Shown piece after piece: positions 13,035 to 26,242 of a stretch of DNA of 64,000 nucleotides. The DNA lies in the NCBI GenBank assembly GCA_951406725.2, contig OX597818.1, forward strand, positions 54,932,001 through 54,996,000, in the 5' to 3' direction. The translations under genes and the position numbers were made by a program. A model generated the notes under the pieces. It searched no databases. It saw only the letters and a program-made list of their open reading frames with translations, and was not told the origin of the DNA. Every line of letters begins with the position of its first letter. Positions within the stretch are counted from its first letter, which is position 1. This stretch comes from Octopus vulgaris (taxonomy: Eukaryota).

Positions 13035-13256
13035 GTGGGGGCGCGTGGCTTAAGGGTTAGGGCACTCGGCTCACGATTGTAATTCAAACGGCCAGCCATG
13101 CTGCATTCTGAGTCACTCTGAATCTTCCTGAGAACCACATAAAGGGGTACGTGTATTTGTGGAGTGCTCAGCCACTTGCACGTTAATTTCAAGAGCTGGC
13201 TGTTCCGATAATTGGATCAACTGGAACATTTGTCGTCGTAACTGACGAACTGCCAC
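13035..13256 (+). mobile_element. Internally deleted SINE (tRNA head plus family B tail)
   Basis: The tail matches 5100-5250. Confidence 0.7.
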
Positions 13257-13274
13257 TTATGTGTTTGTGTGTGT

Positions 13275-13316
<42 letters not shown>

Positions 13317-14396
13317 GAAGATTAGATACTGACGACTAAAATTCCTGTGATTACAGGGGTGTGCGCAACCAGTGCAACCACACCGTTGCATATTTAAACC
13401 CCGCCCCCCGAGAGAAATATTTAATAGTTGGCATATATTTTTCCAACTCTTTTTCTATTAAATTTTTTCGAAGACGGCGATGGTATCGAGGGACTTGGAT
13501 TAAGTCCTCAACACCACCGTTTTCTTTTCAACTTCTTCCAGACATCAACAGCAGTAGCAACAACAACTTGCGTGTTTGCCATCTTCATTAAGTCTGTCAA
13601 ATTAACAACCTCCAAGGAACCTCTTATTTTGGTCTACAATCAAACCAAGAGTAGCTACAAACGTAAGATTTCTCATCACGTCTCCTGTTAGAAATTTTCA
13701 ACGAATTTTGCTAACATCATTTTTTTATTCTCTCAAAGGTTTTTTTTTTCTCTCTCTCTCTCTCTCTTTCTACTTTCTGAGGAACACTCTAAGATTCCTC
13801 AAATCTTTGTTTGAGTTATATGCAAAGTAATAGAAATATTTTATATAAACACGAAACAATAAAAAGCCTAAGAATAGTCGAGAATGGTTATAAAACATTT
13901 TAGTGTTAATCAAGATATAGAGTCAAATATGGCTCTCTGCCGGACTGTGCTACTAATTCTATATATAACCAGAGTAACGAACTTGATATTTCACTCACTT
14001 ATGGTTTCAGTCAATTGGTATGATAAACGATATTACTAATATAACAAGCATAACAAATACGAACACCTTGGGAGCTTTATTTTCTCATTTATCAACAACT
14101 TTTGATTGAGAACTCTCCAACACTGTAGAAATTTAATCTAAATTCCATAAATACAATGTAATACGATTCTGAAAGTCGCATAAGAAATTCCCATAAATAA
14201 TCTCGGTTCATTTGTAATGAAATAGTAATTAGCATTCTACACAGAAGCTGTCAGTTTTTATCTCTCAAACTGTCAATATTTACACCTCCTAAACTAAACA
14301 GCTAAAAAAACTGATGAGGCAATGAAAGCATGTCTACTGTTACATAACATTTCCATCTCGGTGTTGAAAATCGTAAAAGAGAGAGAAGCTCTGGCC

Positions 14397-15148
14397 ATTC
14401 ATGATTCGACTTCTCGGATTCACGATTTGATTTCTTGGATTCACGATTCGACTTCTTGGATTCACGATTCGATTTCTTGGATTCATGATTCGACTTCTTG
14501 GATTCACGATTCGACTTCTTGGATTCACGATTCGACTTCTTGGATTCACGATTCGACTTCTTGGATTCACGATTTGATTTCTTGGATTCGCGATTCGACT
14601 TCTTGGATTCACGATTCGATTTCTTGGATTCACGATTCGACTTCTTGGATTCACGATTCGATTTCTTGGATTCACGATTCGACTTCTTGGATTCAAGATT
14701 CGACTTCTTGGATTCACGATTCGACTTCTTGGATTCACGATTCGACTTCTTGGATTCACGATTCGACTTCTTGGATTCACGATTCGACTTCTTGGATTCA
14801 CGATTCGACTTCTCGGATTCACGATTTAATTTCTTGGATTCACGATTCGACTTCTTGGATTCGCGATTCGACTTCTTGGATTCACGATTCGACTTCTTGG
14901 ATTCACGATTCGACTTCTTGGATTCACGATTCGATTTCTTGGATTCACGATTCGATTTCTTGGATTCACGATTCGACTTCTCGGATTCACGATTCGACTT
15001 CTTGGATTCACGATTCGACTTCTTGGATTCATGATTCGATTTCTTGGATTCACGATTCGACTTCTCGGATTCACGATTCGACTTCTTGGATTCCCGATTC
15101 GACTTCTTGGATTCATGATTCGATTTCTTGGATTCACGATTCAACTTC
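14397..15148. repeat. 21-bp tandem array (ATTCACGATTCGACTTCTTGG), about 36 copies
   Basis: Read directly: substitution variants but no indels. Produces the (RESKKSN)n, (IHDSTSW)n, (SRFDFLD)n and (VNPRSRI)n ORFs. Confidence 0.97.
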
Positions 15149-15302
15149 GCGTTCCAATTCAGTGATACAAATTATGCCCTTCCGATTGTCGACAACAATG
15201 AGGACAATCCCTCTATGACAGTCCATCAACTATAAATTTGAGACTTCTTGATTATAGAGATGTATTTACTTCAAGGTCACTTCTGAAATATTCTTTTATT
15301 CC

Positions 15303-15490
15303 TTTATTTGTTTCTGTCATTTGACTTTGGCCATGCTAAAGCACAGCCTTTAATCGAACAAATCGTCCCCAGGACTGATTCTTTTGTTATACGACTAGTA
15401 CTTATTCTATCGGTCTCTTTTGCCGAACCCGGGGACGTAAACACACCAACATCGGTTGTCAAGCGATGGTTGGGGAACAAACACAGACAA

Positions 15491-15500
<10 letters not shown>
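15303..15500 (-). mobile_element. SINE family A 3' half
   Basis: Reverse complement of the A tail. Confidence 0.8.
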
Positions 15501-15530
<30 letters not shown>

Positions 15531-15554
15531 TTATGTGTGTGTGCGTGATAATAT

Positions 15555-15760
15555 ATATAAATAATATATAAATATATGCATATATGCATACATATATGTA
15601 CATACCTACATATATATGTATATATACATGCATATATGGGCACAGGACAAAAAAATACGTTGAACAGAATGAGAAACGGAAACATAAAAACAAAAACATA
15701 GAAACGAACTTTTGGGGGAACAACGAAGAAAACAAACAGAGGAACGAGACATGCAACAGA
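15555..15760. mobile_element. Family E microsatellite-associated element fragment (also 22505-22762 and 23195-23870)
   Basis: CATATATGTAC.TACCTACA...ACAGGA...GAGAAACG.AAAC is shared by three loci, each next to or inside a SINE A microsatellite. Confidence 0.65.
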
Positions 15761-16004
15761 AAGGGTTGAGAAATAAGGCTCCAGAAAACCTTTCAGCAAG
15801 CGCTTGTATTTCATAACAAATACTAAATGTGAACAGAGAAAACATAATATACAACTGCATACAACATTTCAGTTTTCGTAAGCCAACAAGAAAACCGCTT
15901 TATAGTTACTCGACTTGCTAAGATTAATAGCCAAATTCTGTTAAGATAACACAGCAAACTGATTTTAAATGTAAAGACGATAATGTGTCGTCTTTACATA
16001 TTAA

Positions 16005-16172
16005 AGGAGTGGCTGTGTGGTAAGTAGCTTGCTTACCAACCATATGGTTCTGTGTTCAGTCCCACTGCGTGGCACCTTGGGCAAGTGTCTTCTACTATAG
16101 CCTCGGGCCGACCAAAGCCTTGAGAGTGGATTTGGTAGACGGAAACTGAAAGAAGCCCGTCGTATATATGTT

Positions 16173-16212
<40 letters not shown>

Positions 16213-16437
16213 TGTGTGTATGTTTGTGTGTCAGTGTTTGGTCCCCCCAGAATCGCTTGACAACCGATGTTGGTGTGTTTACGTCCCCGTAACTTAGCGG
16301 TTCGGCAAAAGTGACCGATAGAATAAGTACTAGGCTTACAAAGAATAAGTCCCGGAGTCGATTTGCTCGACTAAAGGCGGTGCTCCATCATGGCCACAGT
16401 CAAATGACTGGAACAACTAAAAGGGTAAAAGAGAGTA
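16005..16437 (+). mobile_element. SINE family A, full length
   Basis: Colinear with 3617-4035. Confidence 0.9.
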
Positions 16438-16956
16438 ATGTATTTATAGAGGCTTGGTTAAAAAAAATTGGGTGGGGGAAAAGGCAGGATGGTCAAAACT
16501 AGAACGCTTTTAAACCTAAGTCTGCTCAGTCGGAAATAATAAGCAACAACAGCAGCATCAGCAACATCATCAACATAATCATCACCATCATCATCATCAT
16601 CATCATCAAAATCATCATAAACGACAACAATCGTTATATTCTGGCAGCCATTTTAAAATTGTAGTCAGCTATCCAGAGCTTCAGTCAGCCTCGATTACTT
16701 AAGCGACCCCAAACACTTCGACACGCCAACTCTTTAAGCGTTGAGTTAGAGTAGATGAGAAACCCTCCAGATAATAATTTAGGAAGACTTTACGCCGACT
16801 TCCTCAGTTACATGACAAGTGTTAATCCTTCGTAATCCTCATCTTTCATATGTGAACTAAATGAGCATATAATTAACATAGAAATTTCTCATTACGGATT
16901 TAAGAAAAGAAATGAAAAAAGCGGAACGAAACCAAATTTCCTCTTGTCAATCTTAT

Positions 16957-16992
<36 letters not shown>

Positions 16993-17044
16993 CGTGTGTG
17001 TATAAATATGTATACACACACACACACACACATACATATATATA

Positions 17045-17215
17045 TCCGTTTTTTCTCTCCTTGTTTCTCTCATTGTTTTCTGTGTCCCTTTCTGTAGAAG
17101 AGCGTAGGCTCGAAATGTAAAAGACTTTTTTCTATTCCTGAGCGTTATACTAATACATCTGTTTGTTTTGTACAGCACCTGTCTTTGTCTTTTGTTGTTT
17201 TTTCGTAAACTCTCG

Positions 17216-17217
<2 letters not shown>
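17045..17217 (+). mobile_element. (TA)n-flanked PLE-type terminal fragment with a minimal hammerhead-like motif (17088-17123)
   Basis: CUUU-CUGUAGA-A-GAGC-GUAG-GCUC-GAAAUGUA-AAAG, followed by TTCCTGAGCGT as in the 60240-60441 element. Core A6 is mutated. Confidence 0.55.
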
Positions 17218-17254
<37 letters not shown>

Positions 17255-17256
<2 letters not shown>

Positions 17257-18515
17257 GGGGTTGGACAAAATAATGGAAAAACCTTAAAATTTCAAACAAG
17301 TATATTTTAATATAGGGTAGGACCGACTTTGGCAGTAACTACAGCTTGAATTCTACGAGGTATGGACTCGTACAAAATTTGAATTGTTTCCAAAGGAATT
17401 TTTGTCCATTTTCCAGCTAAAACAGTCTACAGTTCTTGTAGTGATGATGGTGGAGGATATCGACGCCTTACTTATTTTTCTAAAATGCACCATAAATGTT
17501 CAATAATATTGAGATCTGGGGACTGTGGTGGCCAGATAAAATGTTCAACTTTATTAGAATGTTCCTCGTACCATTCAGTAACAACTTTAGCTTTGTGAAT
17601 TGGTGCATTATCATCCTGAAAGATTGTGTTTCCCTCCGGAAACAGTTCCGCAACGATAGGATGAATTTTATCAGATATGTTGCTTAAATAATCTTGACTA
17701 TTAATTCTGCCATGAAGGGAAACTATTAGGCCGGCGGATTTCCAAGATATAAAGCCCCAGATCATCACAGATCCTCCTCTATGTTTAACAGTTGGAAGAA
17801 GGCAGCCTAGATCAAATGCTTCTTTTGCTTGTCTTCATGCGTATGCTCGGCCGGTTGTCGGAAATAAGGTAAAGGAAGACGCATCCGAGAAAATAACATT
17901 CTTCCACTGCTCAAGGGACCAATTCTGTAGGTGTTTACTCCACTCTAATAGCTTGCAACGTTTGTTTTTGAAAATAGTGGTTTTATGATTGCAGCTCTCC
18001 TGTAAAATCCGGCTTTGTGCAGCTCCCAGTGAACAGTTTTTGTGGAAATTGGGTTCTCGAGGTGGTCACTAAGCTCCGCTGTAAGTTTGGGAGCTGTACT
18101 TTTGTGATCCTTTCTAACAATTCGCGTAAGAGTCCGACGGTCCCTATCTGAAAGTTTTGGTTTTCTTCTGGAGTTTTGTTTCAATGAGGTGTTTTTACCT
18201 CTTTCTCAAAGGCTGTCTTTACTTTTGAGACAGTACTTTTTGATACATCAAACATTTCGGCTGTTTTTGTTACGCTAGCGCCAGCCATTCGAGCACCAAC
18301 AATTTGACCTCTTTGAAAGTCCGATAGATCTGTCATTTTAGTGAGTTTTAATTACCTTTTTCTGGTGACATCTGAAGAGAAACAACAATTTTAGCAAAAC
18401 ATATTAAGCAACGCTAATAATAAATCAAAAACATAAAAATATACAAGCTTTTGACGGTTTTATTGATATTTCAAAATTATGGTGCTATGATGCTAGGTGT
18501 CTCCATTATTTGGTC
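17255..18515 (-). mobile_element. Tc1-family DNA transposon, decayed
   Basis: TIR CAGGGGTTGGACAAAATAATGGAAA.ACC at 17255; truncated inverted copy GGTGTCTCCATTATTTGGTC at 18496-18515. Confidence 0.9.
17307..18336 (-). pseudogene. Tc1-type DDE transposase pseudogene (frameshifts and a deletion)
   Basis: MTDLSDFQRGQIVGARMAGASVTKTAEMFDVSKSTVSKV (HTH), KLSDRDRRTLTRIVRKDHK, MIWGFIS, FQDDNAPIH, WPPQSPDLNIIEHLW and YESIPRRIQAVVTAKVGPTLY*, spread over several frames. Confidence 0.92.
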
Positions 18516-18887
18516 TGGGAATCGAAACTACGATCCTACGACCGGGAGTCCGCTATCCTATCCACTGGGCCATTGCGCCTTCATTCATACATACATCCAT
18601 ATTTACACACATACGTATATATATATATATATATATGTATGCATATGTGTGTATGGGGGGGGGGGGCGAGCGCATGCAGGAAGGCACGTGATTGAGTGTT
18701 GCACTCACGAATATGAGATCGTAGTTTCGATTCCCAGCCCGGCGATGCGTTGTGTTCTTGAGCAAAATACTTCATTTCCCGTTGCTCCAGTCGACCTCAG
18801 CGGAATTTGAACTCAGAACGTAACGGCAGATGAAATACCGCTAAGCATTTCGCCCGGCGTGCTAACGTTTCTGCCAGCTCGCCAGCC
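18512..18887. mobile_element. Cluster of SINE heads: B (-), D (+), C (-)
   Basis: Matches to the heads at 4874, 28188 and 21704. Confidence 0.75.
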
Positions 18888-19108
18888 TCATATATAATGT
18901 ATTTATATATATATGATTGTATTTATTTATAATCACTTATACATACTGTACTTATTGTATCATATTACTCATTGATGTGCATTGTTTTGTTCTATACTAT
19001 TATGTTTGACCTTGATGTTCATATGTAGTGGTTTAATTAATTATGTGATTGGGTATTATCTGGTAGTTGATTATTGATTAAGATGTATTTCTCCATTTTC
19101 TTATTTTG

Positions 19109-19160
<52 letters not shown>

Positions 19161-19464
19161 TCCATTCCTGGACAGCGTAGTGTGTTGTGTTCTTGAGCAA
19201 AACTCTCACGTTTTCAATGTGATCAGTTCAACACCTCGCGTGTGGCATACCGTGCACCCGTTCAGGCAACGCCGATTCGAGGGAGGCAGTGAGCTTGTGT
19301 TCAGCAAGATATTGCAGTACAATTTTGTCATTCTACCAGAGACGACCGTCATTTATCGAACAGCTAAGATGCCTATCAGTTGCAAGTCCAGGTGCTGATT
19401 TATACAACAATACTCAAATACACACACGTATATACACATATCTATCTATCTTTTATATTCTATT

Positions 19465-19648
19465 TTTTTTACTTGTTACAGACAAGTGGCCATGGTGGGA
19501 CACCGCGTTGAAAATTTTTGTAAGCCTAGTACTTATTCTATCAAACTCTTTTGCCAAACCGCTGGTGTACGGGGACGTAAACACACCAACACTGGTTATC
19601 AAGCGGTGGTTGAGGAGAAGCACAGACACACACACACATACACATAAA

Positions 19649-19709
<61 letters not shown>

Positions 19710-19880
19710 GTACATGATGGGCTTCTTTCAGTTTCTGTGAACCAAGTCCACTCACAAAGCTTTGGCTGGCCCAAGGCTTTAATAGAAGACACTCGACCAA
19801 GGTGCCACGCAGTGGGACCGAACCTGGAATCTTGTGGTTAGGAAGCAAGCTTCTTACCACACAGCCACGCTTACGCCTAT
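19465..19880 (-). mobile_element. SINE family A, diverged full copy
   Basis: Tail, microsatellite and head in the expected order. Confidence 0.85.
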
Positions 19881-20355
19881 GTACATGTCTGTCTGTCTAT
19901 CTGCCGGCCTGCCTGTCTGTGTGTGTGTGTGTGCATGTGTGTATCTATCCATGCATGCATTCATCCATACATACATCCACCCATCCAAACATACGGGGTT
20001 GCTCTTGGTATGTGTAGGAGGCATTTTACAAGACACTACTCTCACTGTGCATAAAGAAGGTCAAGCAGGAAAGTAATAATAATAAAAAAGAAAAACGTTT
20101 GTCGCCGAAATTTTATCAATAAATCTACACACTTCTTCTTTGTACCGAGTATCTGTTGTTCATTCTTAACGTATCATTTCCCCGGCTTTGTCAATGGCTG
20201 AGCGCCGTTTAATTTATAATTATTCGTCGAAAACTTTTGTGAAAAATATATTGTGCGGACGAATAAAATTGTGATTATTCAAGCCTGCGCGTGTCGAGGT
20301 ACAATACACAATACGAACGTATATGTATGTAAATATGTAAGAGTGTGTGTGTGTG

Positions 20356-20467
<112 letters not shown>

Positions 20468-20769
20468 CTTATAGACACGTGCCCACACACGCATGCACGT
20501 ACACGCACACACACACACGCATGCACACTCACACGCACACGTACACACACAAACGAATCCTTGTTTTGTCACCAATGAAGATAGACCCCTTCTTGGCCCT
20601 AGCCTTCCCGCGCTTGACCAAACGATGCACCTATCTCACTCTCCTCCTTTCTCTCTCTCTTCTCAATCTGTCTATCTGTCTATATATATACACACTTACA
20701 TATATATGTGCTTATGTGTATATGTACGTGTGTATATATATACATATACATATACATATATATAAACAG

Positions 20770-20803
<34 letters not shown>

Positions 20804-21038
20804 TACATACATATATACATATATACATATATATAAACAGATATATATATATATATTAACAATAATAATAACGTGTAGTCAATTTAATGTTTAATTTAAT
20901 GATTTTTAGTATAATATTTATTATAATATATTTATATTCATTCTGTATGATTTAATATAGATAATAACTTTCACTATCAATTGAATTACTTAATAGAAGT
21001 TATTTCTCTTGATTATATATATATATATAATTTTATAT

Positions 21039-21100
<62 letters not shown>

Positions 21101-21114
21101 TTTTATATATACAT

Positions 21115-21271
21115 ACTCTTTTACTCTTTTACTCTTTTACTTGTTTCAGTCATTTGACTGCGGCCATGCTGGAGCACCGCCTTTGATCGAGCAACTCGAC
21201 CCCGGGACTTATTCTTTTGTAAGCCCAGTACTTATTCTATCGGTCTCTTTTGCCGAACCGCTAAGTAACAG

Positions 21272-21276
<5 letters not shown>
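21115..21276 (-). mobile_element. SINE family A 3' tail, 5'-truncated, within (TA)n
   Basis: Near-identical to 9490-9640. Confidence 0.85.
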
Positions 21277-21308
<32 letters not shown>

Positions 21309-21335
21309 CACACGTCTGTGTGTGCATATATTTAT

Positions 21336-21376
<41 letters not shown>

Positions 21377-21703
21377 ATTTATACCCCATGGGTACCATTT
21401 CTGTCTACCAGACGCTATTCACAAGGAATTTAGCCGTTGCTACAATATTCTCATTATCAAAGGAAATTGTCTAAAGCATCGCACATTGTAACAAAAGTAA
21501 AACAAAAATCAATTCAAGAACAATTTATTATATTTATAGAAGGGAGACAGTCGAGGATCGCTGGAAGGTTGGTTGGGGACCACATGAGGCCCTGGGGCCG
21601 CGATTGAGAACCGCAGCTGTAGATACTACTTATTCTTCCGGAGCTAGAGTGTAAAGAATGAAAACCCAACAAAACAAAACGTTACCATTATTCATCAGTT
21701 CTC

Positions 21704-22100
21704 AAGGCGGCGAGCTGGCAGAGTCGCTAGCACGCCGGACGAAATGCCTAGCCGTATTTCGTCTGCTGCTACGTTCTGAGTTCAAATTCCGCTGAGGTCG
21801 ACTTTGCCTTTCATCCTTTCGGGGTCGATTAAATAAGTACCAGTTACGCACTGGGGTCGATATAATCGACTTAATCCGTTTGTCTGTCCTTGTTTGTCCG
21901 CTGTATGTTTAGCCCCCTGTGGGTAATAAAGAAATAGGTATTTCGTCTGTCTTTACGTTCTGAGTTCAAATTCCGTCGAGTTTGACTTATCATTTCATCC
22001 CTACGCGATCGATAAATTAAATACCAGTTGCGCACTGAGGTCGATCTAATCGACTGGCCTCCTCCCTCAAAATTTCGGGCTTTTTACCTAGAATAGAAAA
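21704..22100 (+). mobile_element. SINE family C tandem dimer with TSD
   Basis: Head GGCGAGCTGGCAGA and B-box GAGTTCAAATTCC. Unit junction AAAGAAATA|GGTATTTCG at ~21936. Flanks ATTATTCATCAGTTCTC / ATTATTTATGAGTTCTC. Confidence 0.88.
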
Positions 22101-22451
22101 TATTATTTATGAGTTCTCGTATCGTTTATCACACAAAATTCCGCTGACGCATTACTTCCGGTTTCTGCATCACGTAGAGATTCAAGGAAGAATACTTTTT
22201 ATCTTTAACTTGTTTCCATCATTACACTGTAGCCATGTTGGGGCACGGCCTTGGGACAGATTTTAGTGGAATGAATCGACTCTAGCACTTTTTTAAAAGC
22301 AGGGTACTTATTCTATCGGTCTCTTTCACCGAAATGCTAGGTTACTGGGACGTGAACAAACCAACACCGGTTGTAAAGCTGTGGTTGGAGACAAACACTG
22401 ACACAAACATACGCACTCTCACACATACATTATATATATTTACATACATAC

Positions 22452-22509
<58 letters not shown>

Positions 22510-22771
22510 ACAATTTAATAAATAAAACATATGCATACATACATACATATATGTACATACCTACACCTATATGTATATATACATGCATATGTGAGTACAG
22601 GATATCACAAATAAACGTAGAACACAACGAGAAACGAAAACATAAAATCGAACAAGGAAACGGACTTTTTTCTAACAACGAAAAAACAGAGTACAAGACA
22701 AACAATACAAGAAATATTCCCCGTTATCAGCTGCTCCTGGTTCGACTCAATGCGTGTTTCGAATATATATA

Positions 22772-22841
<70 letters not shown>

Positions 22842-22847
22842 TTATAG

Positions 22848-23010
22848 GCGTAGGAGTGGGTGTGTAGTAAGAAGTTTGCTTCCCAACAACATGGTTCCGA
22901 GTTCAGTCCCACTGCGTGGCACCTTGAGCAAGTATCTTCTACTATAGCCTCGGGCCGACCAAAGCCTTGTGAGTGGATTTGCTAGGCGGAAACTGAAAGA
23001 AGCCTGTCGC

Positions 23011-23075
<65 letters not shown>

Positions 23076-23115
23076 TATATATATATATATGTATGTATGT
23101 ATATATATATAATTA

Positions 23116-23193
<78 letters not shown>

Positions 23194-23319
23194 TACTTGG
23201 AGAAAAGAAAAGAAACGAAACGACGCGAAGGCGCTCAGTCAAACAATAATTTAATAAATAAAATATATGCATACATACATACATATATGTACGTACCTAC
23301 ATCTACATGTATATATACA

Positions 23320-23363
<44 letters not shown>

Positions 23364-24072
23364 TACAGGATACCACAAATAGACGTAGAACTCAACGAGA
23401 AACGAAAACGTAAAAACGAACATGTAAACGGACTTTTTTTAACAACAAAGAAACAGAGTACAAGACAAACAATACAACGAATATTCCCCTTCATCAGTTG
23501 TCCCTTGTTCGACTCCATGCGTGTTTCGAAGGTAAGGACAGAACACGACCCGCCGAACTAATCCTTCCTGCGAAAGAATTAAATAAAATTCCTTTGCAGA
23601 GGGGTAAAAACAAGGAAAGAAAAAAATGTGACAAGAACAGGACGTAAAAGCAATACAAATAAAAATACAAATACAAAATAAAAATACAAATACAAATACA
23701 AAAAAATGCAGTACACATAAAGAATAAAAACAGGACAAAGAAACCAACATTGAGGGCTTTTTTTAAGCCTAGACGATAGAAAAAATTCAGAGCATGTATA
23801 TATACATGTAGCTGTAGGTACGTACATATATGTATGTATGTATGCATATATTTTATTTATTAAATTATATATATATATATATATGCATGTGTGTTTGTGT
23901 CTGTGTTTGTCCCTCCACCATCGCTTGACAACTGATGCGGTTCGACAAAAGAGACCGATAGGATAAGTACCAGGATTACAAGAATAAGTCCAGGGGTCAA
24001 TTTCTTCGACTAAGAGGCGGTGCTCTATCATGACCACAGTCAAAATGACTGAAACAAGTAAATGAATAAAAG
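22848..24072 (+). mobile_element. SINE A copy whose internal (TA)n carries a family E insert (23195-23870) with an inverted terminal segment
   Basis: A head at 22848-23010 and A tail at 23890-24072. Segment 23790-23867 is the reverse complement of 23246-23322. Confidence 0.8.
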
Positions 24073-24206
24073 AAGATATAGATATAACATATATATATAT
24101 ATATACAAACACACACACACACACGACGGGCTTCTTTAAGTTTCTGTCTACCGCATCCACTTACAATCCTTTGGTCGGCCCGAGTCTATAGCAGAAGACA
24201 CTTGCT

Positions 24207-24441
24207 GAAGGCGGCGAGCTGGCAGAAACGTTAGCACGGCGGGCGAAATCCTTAGCGGTATTTCGTCTGCCGCTACGTTCTGAGTTCAAATTCCGCCGAG
24301 GCCATTTTTTACCTTGCATCTTTTCGGGGTCGATTAAATAAGTACCAGTTACGCACTGGGGTTGATAAAATCGACTTAATCCGTTTGTCCGTCCTTGTTT
24401 GTCCCCTCTGTGTTTAGCCCCTTGTGGGCAATAAAGAAATA
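24207..24441 (+). mobile_element. SINE C monomer inserted in a minus-strand SINE A head (24123-24533)
   Basis: TSD AGAAGACACTTGC.GAAGG on both sides. Confidence 0.88.
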
Positions 24442-25109
24442 AGAAGACACTTGCCGAAGGTGCAACGCAGTGGGACTGAATCCGGAAACATATGGTTGGG
24501 AAGCAAACTTCTTACCACGCAGCCCCGCCTGCGCCACATTTGTATAATTTCTCGAAATCGCCTTCACTCATTTCCTCTAGAAAGTATGGAGGGCAATATC
24601 TAAAAACTAATGGTATTCTATAAATTTCGCCCATCAAAATTTGCTGGTTCTTGCATAAAATACAAGAGAATTCGTTACCCTCGTGTAGGTGATTTTGCTG
24701 TGATTTGACTAACAGTCGCCAACTAATCATGCTTCAGTGAATGGCCATTAAGCACTTCCTTATACACCCACACACATAACATGCTCCATACCTTACAAAG
24801 CCTACCCCCACGTCAGACATACCATAAGCCCACACCCGCATACCATATCCCACACTCCAAATAGCATAGTTCTACTGCTAATTTAATATAAATTCTGTTT
24901 TGAATGCGCTAGTTATGGCATGAAGTAATTTTTTAATTAATACTTTAAAGAGAATATTTTCAGTACAAATAGCATTTTAAAATAACATGCTTTCCTAAGT
25001 CACTGTTTGTGGCGGCTGGACGTATGAAACCTAAACTAGAGAGGCAGTTTTATTGTAAAATACCAAGAGAGGCATTATGAATTTTATAGATTATATTTTC
25101 CTAAACGTT

Positions 25110-25450
25110 TTTATTAATTATTTTTATAATTAGTCTGGCTTGGAGGAAGGGGTTGTGCCCAAAGCCATGTGAAGCATTTCAAGATCAGTGGAATCGACGC
25201 AGTTAACACTTCACTTGAACTCTTGTGAGTTGACGGTTTCAGACAAGAATAAGGAGAAGTAGGGAAATCCAGAGAAATGGCGTTTTTGAGGAAGGAAAAC
25301 CGGATGTAGTAATTGGTGCAACGGTTTAGCAGAACGCACATAATACCGTTGCAATAGTGCAGGGGTAATAGAATGAGAACAATCAACCCCTGGAGATTTA
25401 GTATAGGACTCCGTTGATAATTTCCAGAACGCTACTGAAACCAACAAGCA
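25110..25450 (-). mobile_element. Possible highly decayed CR1/L2-like LINE 3' end
   Basis: Weak translated resemblance (LLQRYY; FSFL-RTPFLWISL) and an A/T tail at about 25110. Confidence 0.3.
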
Positions 25451-25588
25451 CATCAGAGGGTATAACAGACGAAGTAATATCACCATAACAACCAAGATGA
25501 AAGCACGAGTTGGAATATATTTACTATAAAACAGTGATGTACTTTGTTTCATGTGCACGCTCTCTATCTCACTTTCTCTCTTTCTCTC

Positions 25589-25650
<62 letters not shown>

Positions 25651-25777
25651 GCGCACAAACGATATTCAGTTAGAAAAAATCACATTCCATTTTGAAAATC
25701 CCATCTCTGCACATATATTTCTTTGTGCACTAGTTGTAAAACGAAATCATATGTGATGCAAATAAATTTATATATAG

Positions 25778-25993
25778 TAGTGTGGAGCGACTGACCTCCC
25801 TTGTTCGAAGGTTATATGGATACAGTTTGTGTATCAAATAGCTAACTTAAGGCGATGGCCTCATGGAGCTAATAAGCGGACAGCTTTATTCTTATTTTTT
25901 ATAAGAATGCCATATTAGTATGGCGATAACTATTATTTTCCGGGAACGCTGCCGCTGTTCTCTTTTAGAGAGACTTAGTAATTTTAATATTTC

Positions 25994-26000
<7 letters not shown>
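25778..26000 (+). mobile_element. Family R 3' fragment (hairpin domain, no ribozyme) ending in (TA)n
   Basis: Colinear with 3010-3225: TGACCTCCCTTGTTCGAAGG, GATACA-GTTTG-TGTATC, GGAGCTAA, TTTAGAGAGA. Confidence 0.7.
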
Positions 26001-26035
<35 letters not shown>

Positions 26036-26089
26036 CAAGGAGAAAAGTCCGTTGGTCTTTATACACAAACACACACACATACACACGAA

Positions 26090-26242
26090 CACACCGACGA
26101 TGGCTAGTTTAACTAGCCGAAACTTCGAAGTCACTGTCAATGATATCCTTCTTTAAGAATAATAAATTTGTACTCTACGAAAGCATAGAATAATCCATCA
26201 GATTAATGCAAAATTGTTTTTTATTATAACTGAACATAAAAA
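26090..26242 (+). mobile_element. Family F element with a hammerhead-like motif; relatives at 12870-13002 (+) and 58410-58520 (-)
   Basis: CCGACGA-U-GGCUAG-UUUAA-CUAGCC-GAAAC-UUCGAA-GUC. GAAACTTCGAAGTC...AAGAAT.ATAAATTTGTAC is shared by all three loci. Confidence 0.6.

Noticed and set aside
13361-13691. Overlapping 76-87-aa ORFs in unique sequence
   Set aside because: Non-ATG starts, no recognisable domain, and no supported splice structure.
14397-15148. CRISPR-like array
   Set aside because: Contiguous 21-bp units with no unique spacers, no cas genes, and an animal genomic context.
23485-23535. Type II hammerhead in family E (minus strand GAAAC...GUC...CUGAUGA)
   Set aside because: Stems I and III cannot be formed convincingly, and the 22.7-kb copy does not rescue them.
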